Shown here in pieces: positions 61,772 to 64,000 of a stretch of 64,000 bases of DNA; position 1 is the first letter of the stretch; each line of letters begins with the position of its first letter. Made by a program: the position numbers and the translations under genes. The notes beneath the pieces were generated by a model. The model worked only from the letters and a program-made list of their open reading frames with translations, had not been told where the DNA came from and made no database searches. The DNA is from a virus: positions 1-64,000 of IMG/VR virus record IMGVR_UViG_3300037088_000882. One strand, given 5' to 3'.

Positions 61772-64000
61772 ATGTCTGATTATTTAGGCCTGAACCAAAC
61801 CAGAGTATTAGATTCATCCAATCGTAGTTTTGAAGCAGTTGTTTATCAGAGGAAAAAACCGCCTCTATCCTGTGAAGTTAATTTCATGGGAAATCTCGAA
61901 TCTGCTCATCTGCGGGATGTTGCTGAATTGGTGGGCCCAAGTGGTTGGGTCTCGGTTGGAAATATTAAAGACAATGTCTCAGAGATCTCTGCTCGTTGTG
62001 GTGATGTTATAACTTCTCCTACTTACGGTGCTAATACTTTTAAACTCATGGCTACAGATAAAGGCCTCGTAACAGGGGAATTGGTTGCCTGGGTTAATGG
62101 AATGAAAGTTGTTGTTCAGGGTACAAATTCCCCTGACGAAAATAACGTAATCACATTACCTGCTCCTCCTTCTTTAAGTAATCGAGTTGATTTTGTGTTT
62201 CTGGAAGTATGGAGAAAATTGGTAACTCCTTCTGATGTTATTTATACCCATGGTAATGTCCTTTACGGTAGTGCAAACTATTTGAATGATCTTATTGATC
62301 CTGCTGCAAGTGTCGAAACAACTTTAAGAATTCAAGTTCAATATAGAATCAGAGTAGCTTCGGTAGATATCGATTCTTATCCTGAAGGCTTTGATCCTAA
62401 TCAAGTGTATGCTCAAGGTCCTCTGGCAAATCCTTTGACTTGTACAGGTGCTGCTTTTGTTCAGATGCCAGATGATCCAGGATTATGGAGAGCAGGACTT
62501 GGGGATTCAGCTGCACAACAAAGTTTGCAAACAGTTGATGGGTATACTTATGGTATTCCAATGTTTGCTATTTGCCGTAGGAATACTAGTCAGTTTAATC
62601 CTAATACACATACAAATGGTGCTGGATATGATCTGACTCATTATTTGAATGGCTGGACTTCCGATCGTCCCGATAATCTTTTCAGTGACTGGGTAGTTAC
62701 TGATGATATCATGGATATGAGACATACGATTAAAGCTGATAATTTAAGAGATAAATGTAATGAAGCTTTTCAAAAACTGATCAGTGGCAAACTCCGTGGA
62801 AAGATGCAAAAAAACACTTTAGGGGAAGATCGTTTTGAAAATGTTGCAGTGCAAATTGATGGCATAAGTTCAGCTGATCCTGGATGGTTTAATCGTATTA
62901 CGGTAGGAGATGGCATTCGAAGAACATTTTCAAATGCTGCTCTTACTCAAGAGCATGCTCTTATAGAAGTTCCTGCCTCAGGAACTTGGAATTCTTTAAG
63001 TACTATAGGTCTTGCAGCTGTATTTAATTACCCTATTGGAACTACTATTTATAATGTGGCTTCTGTATGGGCCCAGGTAGATCCTGTAACTCTCATACCT
63101 CTTACTTTAGGGGTTGATTATAATGTTACCTATAACGGATCAACGGCTGTAATCGATTTTAATCTTGGAAGTTCCTTTATTTTTGGTACCTCTTATACGC
63201 TCACAGTGGATTATACTATTCAATATCCTGCTGTGACCAATATAAGCGGTTATCCAAAAGATAGTGGTTTATATTACTTGCCTTATAAGTTTCTCGAATC
63301 TCGTATGGGAAGTGATTCTACCGTTGCTTTCCCGTTATCTGTAGGTTCAAGTGTAAATCTCCATGGTATATCTCCTGTGATTTCTTCTGATGGGACTTTT
63401 TCCAGTTCTGTTTTTAATAAAGGGGCTAATTCAACAGAGCCTTACGATTTTGGCATTCAAATGACGTATAGTTTATTAGGAAGTCCTTCAAATACTATCG
63501 TTATTCCTCGCAATATATGGGGTTATGAGATCTTAGGTGTTGTAAGTATCTACATTCCTAGTACACTTTCTTATCGACCTATTGTTACGGTAGCCAGAAA
63601 TGCTACTTCTTACAATATTGTTTATAGCGGTACGGTAGCTACAAGTAATCAAACAATTCAATTAGTCCTATATGTAGGTGCTTCGAATTTAAATCCAAGT
63701 GTCCCAAGTAAGTTTTTTCAGACAAATAAACAAGGTAAAGCAATAGTTGATACATTCCAGATGAAGGAATTAGTTCCAACTCAGGCAGCTACTGGACAAA
63801 CGACCTTTTATGTGGATGCTCATACCAGTGTTATTCAGGGTATTGCAAGCATAAGGAATCAGAGTGGGTATGGTATTGCTTATATTGACGGTACGATGAC
63901 AACAACCCTTACTAATAACGCCTTTTTACCTACAGATAATACATGTTCGAGAGCCACTATAACTTTTTCAGTTCCTCCTCCTAACGGATCTCTTATTGAG
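61772..64000 (+). CDS. Tail fibre/baseplate protein, 3'-truncated (not in ORF track); paralog of 24035-28075
   Basis: MSDYLGLNQTRVLD..VVYQRKKPPLSCEVN..FLEVWR..ETTLRIQVQYRIR..GLWRA..TVDGYTYGIPMFAICRRN; appears open to the window end. Confidence 0.8.
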   Translation, partial: MSDYLGLNQTRVLDSSNRSFEAVVYQRKKPPLSCEVNFMGNLESAHLRDVAELVGPSGWVSVGNIKDNVSEISARCGDVITSPTYGANTFKLMATDKGLVTGELVAWVNGMKVVVQGTNSPDENNVITLPAPPSLSNRVDFVFLEVWRKLVTPSDVIYTHGNVLYGSANYLNDLIDPAASVETTLRIQVQYRIRVASVDIDSYPEGFDPNQVYAQGPLANPLTCTGAAFVQMPDDPGLWRAGLGDSAAQQSLQTVDGYTYGIPMFAICRRNTSQFNPNTHTNGAGYDLTHYLNGWTSDRPDNLFSDWVVTDDIMDMRHTIKADNLRDKCNEAFQKLISGKLRGKMQKNTLGEDRFENVAVQIDGISSADPGWFNRITVGDGIRRTFSNAALTQEHALIEVPASGTWNSLSTIGLAAVFNYPIGTTIYNVASVWAQVDPVTLIPLTLGVDYNVTYNGSTAVIDFNLGSSFIFGTSYTLTVDYTIQYPAVTNISGYPKDSGLYYLPYKFLESRMGSDSTVAFPLSVGSSVNLHGISPVISSDGTFSSSVFNKGANSTEPYDFGIQMTYSLLGSPSNTIVIPRNIWGYEILGVVSIYIPSTLSYRPIVTVARNATSYNIVYSGTVATSNQTIQLVLYVGASNLNPSVPSKFFQTNKQGKAIVDTFQMKELVPTQAATGQTTFYVDAHTSVIQGIASIRNQSGYGIAYIDGTMTTTLTNNAFLPTDNTCSRATITFSVPPPNGSLIE

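Noticed and set aside
1-64000. Stop-codon reassignment (alternative genetic code)
   Set aside because: Code 11 gives long, tightly packed ORFs; TAA, TAG and TGA all end genes; no suppressor tRNA seen.
1-64000. CRISPR array, integrase/transposase, group I/II intron or DGR
   Set aside because: No regularly spaced repeats and no recombinase, reverse transcriptase or homing-endonuclease motifs were recognised by eye.

Overview
This window is a fragment of a large (jumbo-like) myophage genome that uses the standard genetic code. Two + strand virion-structural blocks (1-28.4 kb and 56.6-64 kb) flank a ~28 kb - strand accessory region. The structural blocks encode a tape measure protein with a lytic transglycosylase domain, baseplate hub, spike and wedge proteins, and two paralogous tail-fibre-like proteins. 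The accessory region holds two tRNA operons (12 intact tRNAs and one degenerate tRNA-Trp), tRNA maturation/repair enzymes (CCA-adding enzyme, Thg1-like protein), two circularly permuted tRNA-mimic (YrlA/Y RNA-like) RNAs, NAD-related enzymes (PncA-like, MazG-NadD fusion, NUDIX), a vWA/PP2C/kinase set, a Dam-like methylase, GHKL and AAA ATPases, and secreted proteins with T9SS-like tails. The main finding is that each tRNA operon starts with a sigma70 promoter, a nearly leaderless short leader peptide absent from the ORF track, a mutually exclusive antiterminator and an intrinsic terminator. Each leader peptide is enriched in the amino acids whose tRNAs lie downstream: Leu/Tyr/Cys for one operon and Thr/Ser/Ala/Trp/His for the other. 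I infer a ribosome-mediated attenuation circuit that lets the phage sense depletion of specific host tRNAs and switch on matching replacement tRNAs and repair enzymes. All calls are by eye from motifs and base-pairing; no database searches were run.
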